Shown piece after piece: positions 45,591 to 55,129 of a stretch of DNA of 64,000 bases. Source of the DNA: a virus. The stretch spans positions 32,001-96,000 of the IMG/VR virus record IMGVR_UViG_3300043446_003158. One strand, written 5' to 3'. A program made the position numbers and the translations under genes. Below the pieces are notes generated by a model. The model had not been told where the DNA came from, searched no databases, and saw only the letters and a list, made by a program, of their open reading frames with translations. Numbering within the stretch: the first letter of the stretch is position 1; each line of letters starts with the position of its first letter.

Positions 45591-46874
45591 TCATAAAGTT
45601 TTATCATTTAATGTTTTATATATTAAATATGTTGGGCACCCATCATTTGTCAAATAACTTATTTGCAATCCCATATTATTACAAAATTCATCTACAGCTT
45701 TTACAACGTCAGGAAACATAATATCGCTATAGTCGTGTCCCATAATTATCCCACCAGTTTTAACTTTTCTAAAAGATAATTCTAAATCTTTTTTTACTGC
45801 TTCATAAGTATGGTCGGCATCAATATAAACTGCATCTAAATATTCATCTTCTAGAGAATTTAGAAAATCTAAAGTATATGATCTAACTATTTTTACGTTA
45901 TCAAAATCTTTAAATTCTTTCAAAATTTGATCATACATTTCACTAAGATTAAGAAAAACAATATTATTTCCATCTTTGTCACCAGAACACATATTTTCTG
46001 GAAATATATCAACAAGAAATAATTCAGAGGGTAATAATTTTTCTAAAATAATTTTAGAAAAATCACCTTTAAAAATACCAAGTTCTGCTATTTTTAAATT
46101 TTTTGGAAGAAAGTCCAAAAGATTATTTCTATTATCTATAGTTTGAATTAAAAATTTTTTCATATAATTATACTTATTATCCGATACTACACCACCAGCA
46201 AAATGATAAATTTTAAACTTAGTTTTATCTAAGATAGAGCTTGGAAAATGAGAAACATGTTGTTGAAGATTATAATTATATAAATTATTTCGTAGCACAT
46301 AAGTTACAAACCCATGTTGATCAACATGAGATCCATAAAATCCAGAGTCTTCACACTCAACAATAAACTTATAAATATCTTCTAAAATTTTATATGCGCT
46401 TTTATTAAATCCAAAAACACCACAACATATACTATTCACATTAGAATATTTTACTAGTTCATCTTCATTTAATAAAGGTCCTGCCCAAAAACTTCCAGTA
46501 ATTTTATGCGGATTTTCTAAATCTTCTGTTGCGAATGATAATTTTCCATCCTCAAAAGATATAAAAATGTCATCAATATTATCAAGAACAAGAGTGTCTA
46601 CATCTAAATGAAGAACTCTATCATAATTTTTCAATAGTTCTTTACCCAAAATTAAGCGATATGCCATACGCTTAGCGTGAGTTTGTGGAAACTCTGTTTT
46701 AATTACATTACAATAAATTTGCAATTCTGGAATATCATACTCACTAAAAACAAAAATATTTTCTTTACTAATAAATTTATTTAAAGAATTAACAGACAAT
46801 TCTAACAATTCTTTATATCTAAAATCACCATAAAAACAATAATAAACACAATTATATTGATTTATATTTTTCAT
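45591..46874 (-). CDS. GT8-like glycosyltransferase fused to a class I methyltransferase
   Basis: LHLDVDT, DQ motif; C-terminal AELGIFKG, VYIDADHTYEAV.KDL, GGIIMGHDY. Confidence 0.75.
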   Translation of the reverse strand: MKNINQYNCVYYCFYGDFRYKELLELSVNSLNKFISKENIFVFSEYDIPELQIYCNVIKTEFPQTHAKRMAYRLILGKELLKNYDRVLHLDVDTLVLDNIDDIFISFEDGKLSFATEDLENPHKITGSFWAGPLLNEDELVKYSNVNSICCGVFGFNKSAYKILEDIYKFIVECEDSGFYGSHVDQHGFVTYVLRNNLYNYNLQQHVSHFPSSILDKTKFKIYHFAGGVVSDNKYNYMKKFLIQTIDNRNNLLDFLPKNLKIAELGIFKGDFSKIILEKLLPSELFLVDIFPENMCSGDKDGNNIVFLNLSEMYDQILKEFKDFDNVKIVRSYTLDFLNSLEDEYLDAVYIDADHTYEAVKKDLELSFRKVKTGGIIMGHDYSDIMFPDVVKAVDEFCNNMGLQISYLTNDGCPTYLIYKTLNDKTL

Positions 46875-47659
46875 AAAATTTTCCAGTGAGGCAAATACAA
46901 ATCTTTAGTATTGTGATTAATACAATCCCCAGAAAACCAATTTTTAGGAGCAATCACATTTTTACTATTCGCCAACCATGCTCCCCACCAACTAAAAGTG
47001 CTATTACAAATAATATGATAAGCACACTGACTCATAATATACAAATCAAAGTAAGGATTTTCAGTTTCTGAAATTAAAAATCTATCTTCAGAAAACAGTT
47101 CTTGTTTTTTACACCATTCAATATCATCCGAAAAAACAAGAACTGGTAAATCTTGAGGAAACTGTTCAAGAGCATCACTATAATATTGATTATTTTGTAA
47201 AGGATGACTTGGATTTGTTACATAATCATTTCGTCGTATATGAAGTGCTATTGATCCCGTATATTCTTCAACTATTTCTTGACAATCTTCTTGAATATTA
47301 TTTTTAAAAACAAAATCAACAGAACGTAATTCGTCTTCTATACTTTTAAAATATTTTTCTGATTGAAAATACCCAACAAAATTGCAATTACCACTAATAT
47401 TTTCAACTAAATCACTATCATAATGAAAAAATTTTTCATGAATAGAAGAATATTGTTTTAGTTCTCTATCACATTTAATATCAAAACAATCATCAATATT
47501 ACTAAAGAGTCTTTGATAATAATACTTACCAAAAATTTCTTTTGGAGGTATGCAAAAAGTTGTATTATACTTTTTTGCAACTGCTTTAATGAAGGCATAT
47601 TGAAACATTTGATTTCCTAAATGCCCATTATTACCTAACTGATTAAAAGAAAAAGTCAT
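46871..47659 (-). CDS. Glycosyltransferase family 11 (alpha-1,2-fucosyl/colitosyl transferase)
   Basis: GHLGNQMFQYA, GYFQSEKYF, HIRRNDY, NSTFSWWGAWL. Confidence 0.92.
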   Translation of the reverse strand: MTFSFNQLGNNGHLGNQMFQYAFIKAVAKKYNTTFCIPPKEIFGKYYYQRLFSNIDDCFDIKCDRELKQYSSIHEKFFHYDSDLVENISGNCNFVGYFQSEKYFKSIEDELRSVDFVFKNNIQEDCQEIVEEYTGSIALHIRRNDYVTNPSHPLQNNQYYSDALEQFPQDLPVLVFSDDIEWCKKQELFSEDRFLISETENPYFDLYIMSQCAYHIICNSTFSWWGAWLANSKNVIAPKNWFSGDCINHNTKDLYLPHWKIL

Positions 47660-48819
47660 AATTTTTCTAAAATATTTTTAAGCAAATTAATTTCTTTATC
47701 ACCAATAAAATGATTATTTCCGAGATAAATTCCATTCTCATGAATTAAATCAACATTAAGTTGATCTTTATTTGATATTATTTTATATCCTTCCAAGAAT
47801 GGTTGTTTTAATAAATTTCCACTAATTATAGGTCTATGCTCTACACCATTTTCAGCAAACAATTTTTTAAGTCTATCTGCAATATCTTTAGTCTTACAAA
47901 TTAGAGGAAAACAAAAATTACTACACGTTGGATAATATTTTGGAATAATAAATTTATCTGAATAATTTTTTACAAGATTTATAAAATTTAAATAATTTTT
48001 ATTTCTTATTTCAATATAATTATCTAATCTTTTAAGTTGAGATAATCCTAAAACAGCACCAAGTTCATGATTCCTAAAATTATATCCATCTGTCACAAAA
48101 AGAAATTGATCAGAAATATCTGGATATTTTTCAACATACTCTTTATATCTGGTAGATTCCCTTGCTAAACCATGACTTCTTTTCATCTTCATCAAGTCAT
48201 ACAGTTCATAATTATTTGTAGATACCATTCCACCTTCAACTGTTGAGATATGATGCCCAAAGTAAAAACTAAAAGTTGCACCTAAACTGTCAGATCCTCT
48301 TTTAGATCCATCTGGAGATTTGCATCCATGAGATTCGCAAATATCATCCAAAATTAAAGCATTTGGAAAAAGACTACGATATCTTTCAGTATTAGCAGAA
48401 AATCCAATCAGATGAGTAACAAATATCAATTTAATATCGGGATGTTTTTCTGCAATATATTGAAGATCTTCTTCACAAAAACTAAAATTGTTTATATTAA
48501 TATCGCAAAAGATGGGAGTAAATCCCAATTGAATAACTGGACCAATATTAGTTACCCACGTACAAGAAGGAACTAAAACCTTATCACCATCTTTTAAATT
48601 ATACAGTTCTTTTACTGCAGAAAGAAGTAAATAATTAGCAGTACTTCCAGAAGAAACATACAAAGAGTATTTTGAACCTAACCATTTACTCCATTCACTT
48701 TCAAACTTTTTAACCATTTTACCATTAGTAAAACGATCAGAAGTTAAAACAAATTTAGCAAGATTAAATCTATCACTAAAAGTGATATTATTTTTCATCA
48801 AAGGCCATTTAAATTGCAT
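47656..48819 (-). CDS. DegT/DnrJ-fold PLP enzyme with His at the Schiff-base position: ColD-like GDP-4-keto-6-deoxymannose 3-dehydratase
   Basis: VSSGSTAN, ILDDICESHG, TFSFYFGHHISTVEGG; start refined to MQFKWPLM. Confidence 0.8.
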   Translation of the reverse strand: MQFKWPLMKNNITFSDRFNLAKFVLTSDRFTNGKMVKKFESEWSKWLGSKYSLYVSSGSTANYLLLSAVKELYNLKDGDKVLVPSCTWVTNIGPVIQLGFTPIFCDININNFSFCEEDLQYIAEKHPDIKLIFVTHLIGFSANTERYRSLFPNALILDDICESHGCKSPDGSKRGSDSLGATFSFYFGHHISTVEGGMVSTNNYELYDLMKMKRSHGLARESTRYKEYVEKYPDISDQFLFVTDGYNFRNHELGAVLGLSQLKRLDNYIEIRNKNYLNFINLVKNYSDKFIIPKYYPTCSNFCFPLICKTKDIADRLKKLFAENGVEHRPIISGNLLKQPFLEGYKIISNKDQLNVDLIHENGIYLGNNHFIGDKEINLLKNILEKL

Positions 48820-49750
48820 TTTCTTTATACCATTTGTAAGTTGTTTCAATACCATCACGAAGACCAATCTTTGGTTCCCATCCAAGTGCCTTGATCTTAT
48901 CCACATTCAAAACTTTACGAGGAGTTCCATTTGGTTTTGTTTTATCCCATTTAATATTTCCCATAAACTTAACAACATTAACAATTGTTTTGGCAAGTTC
49001 TTTAATCGTTACATCTTCACCAGTTCCAATATTAATATGTCCTGCTTCATCATATTTCTGCATACAAACATAACACGCCTCTGCAAGATCATCAACGTGT
49101 AGAAACTCTCTCATAGCAGAACCATCACCCCAAAGAGTGACACTTTCTCCAGGAACAGCATCATGAAACTTCCTAATCATCGCAGGAAGCACATGGGATG
49201 ACTCCAGATCAAAGTTGTCATTCGGACCATAAAGATTTGTAGGCATCAGAGAAATGGCATTAAATCCATATTGCTGACGATATGCTTCACACATCTTCAC
49301 ACCAACTATTTTTGCAAGAGCATATCCTTCATTAGTTGGTTCTAAAGGACCAGTCATCAACTGATCTTCAGTAATTGGTTGTGTTGCCATCTTAGGATAG
49401 ATGCAGGATGAACCAAGGAACAGAAGTTTCTTTACACCCCAACGATAAGAAGAATCAATAATGTTGGTTTGGATGCGAAGATTTTCAGTCAGGAAATCTG
49501 CTTTATAGTTATTGTTTGCCATAATGCCGCCAACCTTAGCAGCGGCAACAAAAACATAATCAGGTTCTACGGATTGAATATACTCATCAGTTATTAATTC
49601 ATCCGTAAAGTCTACATATTTACGAGTTGCTTTAATAATGTTTGTATATCCTTTTTGTTCAAGGTTTCTCACGATTGCAGAACCAACCATTCCATTGGCA
49701 CCACAAACTAATACTCTAGAATCACTGTCCATAAATGCACATGTCCTCAA
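48809..49750 (-). CDS. fcl: GDP-L-fucose synthase/ColC-like epimerase-reductase
   Basis: [48 protein letters not shown]. Confidence 0.9.
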   Translation of the reverse strand: MRTCAFMDSDSRVLVCGANGMVGSAIVRNLEQKGYTNIIKATRKYVDFTDELITDEYIQSVEPDYVFVAAAKVGGIMANNNYKADFLTENLRIQTNIIDSSYRWGVKKLLFLGSSCIYPKMATQPITEDQLMTGPLEPTNEGYALAKIVGVKMCEAYRQQYGFNAISLMPTNLYGPNDNFDLESSHVLPAMIRKFHDAVPGESVTLWGDGSAMREFLHVDDLAEACYVCMQKYDEAGHINIGTGEDVTIKELAKTIVNVVKFMGNIKWDKTKPNGTPRKVLNVDKIKALGWEPKIGLRDGIETTYKWYKENAI

Positions 49751-50723
49751 CTAATTGATTAAATGAAATCTTAGGTTGCCAACCTAATTTTTCTTTTGCC
49801 TTAGTGGCATCACCTAATAAGGTCTCTACTTCAGCAGGTCTAAAATATTTAGGGCTCACCCTAATAACCTCTCTTTTGGTGTGTTTATCAATACCAACTT
49901 CATCCAATCCTTCACCTCTCCAAATGATGTTCATACCAAAATAAGGAGCAGCAGTTTCAACAAATGCGCGAACGGAATATTGCTCCCCTGTGGCAATCAC
50001 ATAATCATCAGGTTCATCCTGCTGAAGCATCAACCACATTGCCTCTACGAAGTCTTTAGCGTGTCCCCAGTCACGTTTGGCGTTTAAATTTCCGAGATAT
50101 AATACGTCCTGTTGCCCAGTTGAAATTCGTGATAGTCCGCGAGTGATTTTTCTTGTGACAAAAGTTTCTCCTCTGCGAGAGGATTCGTGATTGAAAAGAA
50201 TTCCAGAACTTGCATGTAGTCCATAAGACTCTCTGTAGTTTTTGACGATCCAGTATCCATAAACTTTTGCAACTCCATAAGGTGAACGAGGATAAAAAGG
50301 TGTAGTTTCTGATTGAGGAATTTCTTGAACCTTACCAAACATTTCAGACGTTGATGCCTGATAGATTCTTGTTTTTTTCTCCATTCCCAGAAGACGAACT
50401 GCCTCAAGAATACGAAGAGTTCCAAGGCCATCAACCATACCCGTATATTCAGGTATCTCAAAAGACACTTTTACATGACTTTGAGCGCCAAGATTATATA
50501 TTTCATCTGGTTGAACTTGCTGAATCACTCTTACAAGATTTGTAGAATCAGTAAGATCACCGTAGTGAAGTTTAATTTGATCGTAAATATGATCAATCCG
50601 ATAGGTATTAATCAAAGATGCTCGACGAACAATACCATGAACTTCATATCCTTTTTCTAAAAGAAGTTCAGCAAGATAAGATCCGTCTTGTCCAGTAATT
50701 CCTGTTATTAATGCTACTTTCAT
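49722..50723 (-). CDS. gmd: GDP-mannose 4,6-dehydratase
   Basis: [42 protein letters not shown]. Confidence 0.97.
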   Translation of the reverse strand: MKVALITGITGQDGSYLAELLLEKGYEVHGIVRRASLINTYRIDHIYDQIKLHYGDLTDSTNLVRVIQQVQPDEIYNLGAQSHVKVSFEIPEYTGMVDGLGTLRILEAVRLLGMEKKTRIYQASTSEMFGKVQEIPQSETTPFYPRSPYGVAKVYGYWIVKNYRESYGLHASSGILFNHESSRRGETFVTRKITRGLSRISTGQQDVLYLGNLNAKRDWGHAKDFVEAMWLMLQQDEPDDYVIATGEQYSVRAFVETAAPYFGMNIIWRGEGLDEVGIDKHTKREVIRVSPKYFRPAEVETLLGDATKAKEKLGWQPKISFNQLVEDMCIYGQ

Positions 50724-50743
50724 AAAGCAAAGTACTTTTCAAC

Positions 50744-50781
50744 ATTATACTAAAAAAGATGAGTTTATGCAACTCATCTTT
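50744..50781 (-). promoter_or_regulatory. Terminator hairpin overlapping a sigma70 promoter (TTGCAT-17-TATAAT) at the head of the glycan locus
   Basis: AAGATGAGTT GCATA AACTCATCTT followed by TTTT. Confidence 0.7.
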
Positions 50782-50786
50782 AAACA

Positions 50787-51458
50787 TTATAAATTTGGAT
50801 TATCAAATGGTGGAGTATTATTTCTAACCATTACTAAAAGTTTGTCATTATCAAAAGGTTCTGTAAATTTATTTTTATGTTCAGTTTCTACAAATGAGAT
50901 GTGATTATAATATAACATATGATTATACATCCAAATTTGACTTGAATAATCATCTTCGTTTTTAAATCTATCAATATCTTCAATAATAAGATATCCTCCA
51001 GGATTTAAATACTTATGAGCATTTCTAATTATTTTAATTTGATCCCAAAATTCATGACTAGAATCATCAATAATAACATCAAATTTAACATTAGTTTTTT
51101 GAAAAGATTCGTTAATTGATGTTTCTTCCTTAACGTTCATATAATCATAATGAACGTTTTCTAATTGTTGATTTTTAGCATACTGTAAAAATTCTTCAGA
51201 GTGGTCCCACCCGTAAAGAATAGCATTTGGAAAATATTTTCTCCACATTTGCATGGAAGTATTTTTAAAAATTCCTATTTCACCAAAAACTATTGGTTTA
51301 TATCTAATTGGAGAAAAAATTAAATCATAAAAGGGAGTGTAAGCATGTTGCCACTTTCTTGGATTATATGGAGATTTATCTGCTTCAAAGATAGCACCAA
51401 GTTTACATAAATCAGTACTTGAAGTTTGGGAATTAAAAATAACCTTATTATCAATCAT
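50787..51458 (-). CDS. Class I SAM-dependent methyltransferase-like protein
   Basis: FGEIGIFK..SMQMW..YFP, DVIIDDSSH, GGYLIIED. Confidence 0.8.
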   Translation of the reverse strand: MIDNKVIFNSQTSSTDLCKLGAIFEADKSPYNPRKWQHAYTPFYDLIFSPIRYKPIVFGEIGIFKNTSMQMWRKYFPNAILYGWDHSEEFLQYAKNQQLENVHYDYMNVKEETSINESFQKTNVKFDVIIDDSSHEFWDQIKIIRNAHKYLNPGGYLIIEDIDRFKNEDDYSSQIWMYNHMLYYNHISFVETEHKNKFTEPFDNDKLLVMVRNNTPPFDNPNL

Positions 51459-51459
51459 A

Positions 51460-51678
51460 TCAAGATGCTACTTCAATAGATTCAAGATCTTGATACAAGT
51501 ATTCCATGAGCATCTCATAATCATCCAAGGGATCTCCCGAAAATACTACGCCTTCATTTTCATAAAAACGACGAACTTTCTTATAAAGTTTTGGACTTTT
51601 TACATCAAGGTAGATTTCGCCATTAGCAGCAAGGCGAAGAGTGTTTACATCTTTCTTGAATTTTTGAATCAGAGACAT
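51460..51678 (-). CDS. Hypothetical protein
   Basis: ORF downstream of a TTGACT-17-TATAAT promoter (51702-51730). Confidence 0.65.
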   Translation of the reverse strand: MSLIQKFKKDVNTLRLAANGEIYLDVKSPKLYKKVRRFYENEGVVFSGDPLDDYEMLMEYLYQDLESIEVAS

Positions 51679-51755
51679 TGTTTTGAATTGTTTACCCTAG
51701 TATTATAAAAGTTAAAAACGTTTTAGTCAAGTGGTCCAATTAAGAAACTGGACAG

Positions 51756-51829
51756 TCGGGATGATAGGATTTGAACCTACGGCCCCTCGCTCCCAAAGCG
51801 AGTGCTCTACCAAACTGAGCTACATCCCG
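51756..51829 (-). tRNA. tRNA-Pro(TGG)
   Basis: Cloverleaf; anticodon loop TTTGGGA; GGTTCAAATCC T-arm. Confidence 0.92.
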
Positions 51830-51834
51830 TTTAA

Positions 51835-52359
51835 TCATTCCACAAGAGTGAAATTAATTTGCCCCCCTTTAACCCAACAATGGGCAGTTGGACTACCAGA
51901 AGTATAATCATAAACTAAAGTATATTTTGATGTACTTAGTTTAAAAGGATCTTGAACATGTATATCTCTCCAACTTTGTCCAGAAAAATTAATTTCTTTC
52001 CAAAGTCCTCCAGACCAAATATCAAAACTTTTTCCAGAAGTTGGATATTGATTAGAACTATTTTGACTCTTATATGTTATATAATTATAATAAGGATTAT
52101 CATCTAAAGCAATATCATACCAAGTTTCTCCTGCTGGCCAATTTTTAACTCCATTTGTGGAATCAGGACTAAATGTATAAGTTTGACCAGAAACAACAAC
52201 ATCTATATCAGCAGGGCGAGCAGAAATTGCTGGAAGATCAGGATCAATATTAAGTAATGTTCCCGTCCATCCTAAAAAAACTCCACCACTCATTCCCTGT
52301 CCACCTTCTAATATTTCAGCACCACTTACTGAAGTGATTTCAAAAGTTACATTTGCCAT
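51835..52359 (-). CDS. Hypothetical beta-rich protein
   Basis: 174-aa ORF with no recognised motif. Confidence 0.65.
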   Translation of the reverse strand: MANVTFEITSVSGAEILEGGQGMSGGVFLGWTGTLLNIDPDLPAISARPADIDVVVSGQTYTFSPDSTNGVKNWPAGETWYDIALDDNPYYNYITYKSQNSSNQYPTSGKSFDIWSGGLWKEINFSGQSWRDIHVQDPFKLSTSKYTLVYDYTSGSPTAHCWVKGGQINFTLVE

Positions 52360-52570
52360 GTTTTATTTAAACTTATTTTCTATTATGTATATATGCAATT
52401 CCCATAATAGGAACTACAATTATACCAAATCCACAAAGTCCTAACCAAATTGGACTATTTGCAAGTGTTTCTACTATGTGAAAAATCATCGTGGATAAGC
52501 ATGTGTAAGACCCCAATAAATCCAAGACCCAATAAGTATAGCATAAATCAGCGTAGAAATCAAAAGTGTT

Positions 52571-52771
52571 TTAGTCATCTTCCTCTTTAATTATTTTATC
52601 TTTTAATAGTTCTTCTAATCTTTTTCTCATGTTATTGCTATCTTGCTTCATGTAATCGCGTAAAGAATAACCACGTTGATTTCTTAAAATACATGTACCT
52701 TGATAAAACATTGTTGCTGCAAATACCAACAACAATACAATACCAATTATTTCAGGGTAATGTTGAGCCAT
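52571..52771 (-). CDS. Small membrane protein
   Basis: One TM segment. Confidence 0.55.
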   Translation of the reverse strand: MAQHYPEIIGIVLLLVFAATMFYQGTCILRNQRGYSLRDYMKQDSNNMRKRLEELLKDKIIKEEDD

Positions 52772-52950
52772 GGTAAAAGCGGAGGAATAACACCTACTAA
52801 CCTTAAAAGTCCTTCAGCAAATAAAGCAAGAACCACCCAACCGACGCACATACTAATGATAGAAGCATTACGGTTGTGTCGTCGTATTGCTGCATCAATC
52901 ATCTCCTGAACTTCAGAACGTGTAATAAACTCTTCCTGCTCATACATCAT
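52747..52950 (-). CDS. Small membrane protein
   Basis: ITRSEVQEMIDAAIRRHN followed by a TM segment. Confidence 0.6.
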   Translation of the reverse strand: MMYEQEEFITRSEVQEMIDAAIRRHNRNASIISMCVGWVVLALFAEGLLRLVGVIPPLLPWLNITLK

Positions 52951-53198
52951 TTCTCATCTCCAAGAATTTTGCAAGGGGATCTCTGCGGGTTTTTACAATT
53001 TCCACTGCTCTTTTATAAAACATATTGTCCGTATTACCAGACTCTTCAAATGTTGCCTTGATCTTCACCCAATTATCATAGGTGTGCTGATCCATAGGAT
53101 TTTAAGTTGAATACTACTAGTTAGTCTAGTCAGTAGTTTCAACTTGTCAACTATGTGTTGGTTTCAAGAAAGTGATTAAGAAATTATTAAATTTAAAA

Positions 53199-53282
53199 CG
53201 GAAGTGGTTGGATTCGAACCAACGGTGCTATTAACACGCTTGTTTTCAAGACAAGTACCTTAAACCACTCGGTCACACTTCC
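53199..53282 (-). tRNA. tRNA-Ser(TGA)
   Basis: Long variable arm; anticodon loop CTTGAAA. Confidence 0.92.
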
Positions 53283-53291
53283 AAAAAGTCC

Positions 53292-53549
53292 TCAACGAAC
53301 TTCAAAATCTAAACGTCTTACTTTACGTTGACGACGTGCCTCTTGCCAGGCAATATCTTCATTTGTAAGAACACCTTTTTTAGATTTATTATTTATAGAG
53401 TTTAGCATAACAATTTGTGATAAGTCAACTGCTGAGATAACTCCTCCACGAATTGTTGCCATATTAGGACAACCACATGTTACAGTTTTAGTAGGATGCC
53501 CCTCTAACTCCCTACCACAGGAGCGACATCTGATTCTTAAATTTTCCAT
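53292..53549 (-). CDS. Zn-ribbon hypothetical protein
   Basis: CRSC...CGC motif. Confidence 0.6.
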   Translation of the reverse strand: MENLRIRCRSCGRELEGHPTKTVTCGCPNMATIRGGVISAVDLSQIVMLNSINNKSKKGVLTNEDIAWQEARRQRKVRRLDFEVR

Positions 53550-53557
53550 GATACCAT

Positions 53558-54091
53558 CTATTCTTCTATTTGTTCTTCAGTATTTTCTTTTATTTGCTCT
53601 TCAATAATTTCTTCTATTACTTCTTCTTCTACTTCTTCTTGAACTTTTTTGGATCCAGAATCAGAGAATGAACGAAGCATCCATACAAATTTACCATGAG
53701 ACTCCATTAAATCTTGAACTAGATTTGCAGTCGCATATGATTTTTGTTGTTCAGATTCTTCGGATATTTTAGACATCATATCACAAAAATCAATATTTGA
53801 TTGAAGAAGATCGGAAATCATATTTTCCGCATTTGCAGAACTTGATGCTTCTTTGATTTTAGAAACTTCAAGAACACGATTTAAACTACTCAAAGGTTTT
53901 ACATTCAAGTATCTCATATGTTCTGATAATCTATCTATCTCTTCAAACATGGTCTCATATTGACCACCAAAAAGAGTATGAAGTTGTTGAAAATCTTGTC
54001 CAACAACATTCCAGTGATAAACCCAAGTTTTATGAAATAGAACGAAAAGAGATGCCTGGGCATCACTTAACAGTTTAAACAGTGTTTCCAT
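53558..54091 (-). CDS. dps: Dps/ferritin-like protein with a Glu-rich C-terminal tail
   Basis: YHWNVVG.DF.QLH.LF..QY, EEIDRLSE, HGKFVWMLRS; TATAAATA at 54108-54115. Confidence 0.88.
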   Translation of the reverse strand: METLFKLLSDAQASLFVLFHKTWVYHWNVVGQDFQQLHTLFGGQYETMFEEIDRLSEHMRYLNVKPLSSLNRVLEVSKIKEASSSANAENMISDLLQSNIDFCDMMSKISEESEQQKSYATANLVQDLMESHGKFVWMLRSFSDSGSKKVQEEVEEEVIEEIIEEQIKENTEEQIEE

Positions 54092-54118
54092 TATACCATT
54101 TTTTAGGTATTTATAAAG

Positions 54119-54190
54119 TGGGCAATATCGGATTCGAACCAATGACCAACTGCGTGTAAAGCAGCTGCGCTACCGCTGCGCTAATCGCCC
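54119..54190 (-). tRNA. tRNA-Val(TAC)
   Basis: Cloverleaf; anticodon loop TTTACAC. Confidence 0.9.
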
Positions 54191-54198
54191 ATAAAAAA

Positions 54199-54363
54199 TT
54201 AATTTTTGTCCATCATATATTCTACGGTATTTGCCACATCATTCATGGCATCGCGTAAATTTTCTCTTTGTCCAGATTCTTGTTTAATGATTGGTCGATG
54301 ATCGTCGGTTAAAGTCCAACGCCACTGCTTCATATCTTTGCAATACCAAAGATTAATTTTCAT
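54199..54363 (-). CDS. Hypothetical protein (54 aa, MKINLWYCKDMKQWRWTL...)
   Basis: Hand-translated; downstream of a promoter. Confidence 0.6.
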   Translation of the reverse strand: MKINLWYCKDMKQWRWTLTDDHRPIIKQESGQRENLRDAMNDVANTVEYMMDKN

Positions 54364-54385
54364 TCATTTCTCTCTTTCCTTATAT

Positions 54386-54420
54386 AGGATACATTAAAAA
54401 GGGGAGTTTGTCAACTCCCC
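54386..54420 (-). promoter_or_regulatory. Terminator hairpin overlapping a sigma70 promoter (TTGACA-17-TATCCT)
   Basis: GGGGAGTT GACA AACTCCCC TTTTT. Confidence 0.75.
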
Positions 54421-54444
54421 AATCTTACCTTATAAGGTTAAGTA

Positions 54445-54816
54445 TCAGAAAGCATAACGAACTTTCAGTTCGCCACCGAGTCCAAACACTTCGGAATCAA
54501 AACCATACTCACCAGCAACTTTGAATTTGCCAGTCAGTTGATTAGCAATAGGGAAGTTGATACCGACTTCACCAACAGCAACGCCTTGACCATCTTGACC
54601 ATTACGCCACTCATAACCAGGACCAATTTCACCAAACACAGTTACACCATTAGTGCTAACTTTTTGCTCATAACCAACACGAAGTTCGGTTTGAGCGCCA
54701 GTGTAATCACCGTCAACAAGAGCAGTGGTAGTCTTGCTTTCTACATAAGGGCCAGCAAACGCAGCCGAAGCAAGGAAAGGAGATGCAGCAACAGCTGCGA
54801 TAGCGGGTTTAAACAT
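54445..54816 (-). CDS. Small outer-membrane beta-barrel-like protein
   Basis: Signal peptide ending SAAFA; alternating beta-strands; C-terminal VKVRYAF. Confidence 0.75.
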   Translation of the reverse strand: MFKPAIAAVAASPFLASAAFAGPYVESKTTTALVDGDYTGAQTELRVGYEQKVSTNGVTVFGEIGPGYEWRNGQDGQGVAVGEVGINFPIANQLTGKFKVAGEYGFDSEVFGLGGELKVRYAF

Positions 54817-54928
54817 AATAGTACCTCTATAGTTTCTCGCAGAGTAATACCTGCGGATGTAAGGAGTTTCGACAAACTCCGTTTATTTCAGTGAGTCAAC
54901 GAGTATTTGAGGTCTCATCACCTGAACA
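54817..54928 (-). ncRNA. Candidate structured 5' leader (three stems) of the OMP gene
   Basis: TTCAG..CTGAA, GGAGTTT/AAACTCC and CGCAG/CTGCG stems, downstream of TTGACA-18-TAAAAT and ATAAATA. Confidence 0.45.
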
Positions 54929-54990
54929 TATTTATTTTAACATTCTCTTTGGGATCATGTCAAGTGGGGGGAAAACCGTACTTTTAAAAG

Positions 54991-55062
54991 AGCGGGGTAT
55001 CGGAATCGAACCGACGACATCTAACTTGGAAGGATAGCGTTCTACCGCTGAACTAACCCCGC
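54991..55062 (-). tRNA. tRNA-Gly(TCC)
   Basis: Anticodon loop CTTCCAA; U73 discriminator; own TTGACA-17-TATAAT promoter at 55110-55138. Confidence 0.9.
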
Positions 55063-55129
55063 AAAATGGGAGAAATCTCCCAGCACATTTCCTTCACACG
55101 GATAGGAATATTATATAGTAATTTTTAAA

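Noticed and set aside
54860-54925. Hammerhead-like words (GTGATGAG ... CGAAAC) in the OMP leader
   Set aside because: C3 is absent, GAAAC is buried in its own GGAGTTT/AAACTCC hairpin, and no stem II joins the two motifs.
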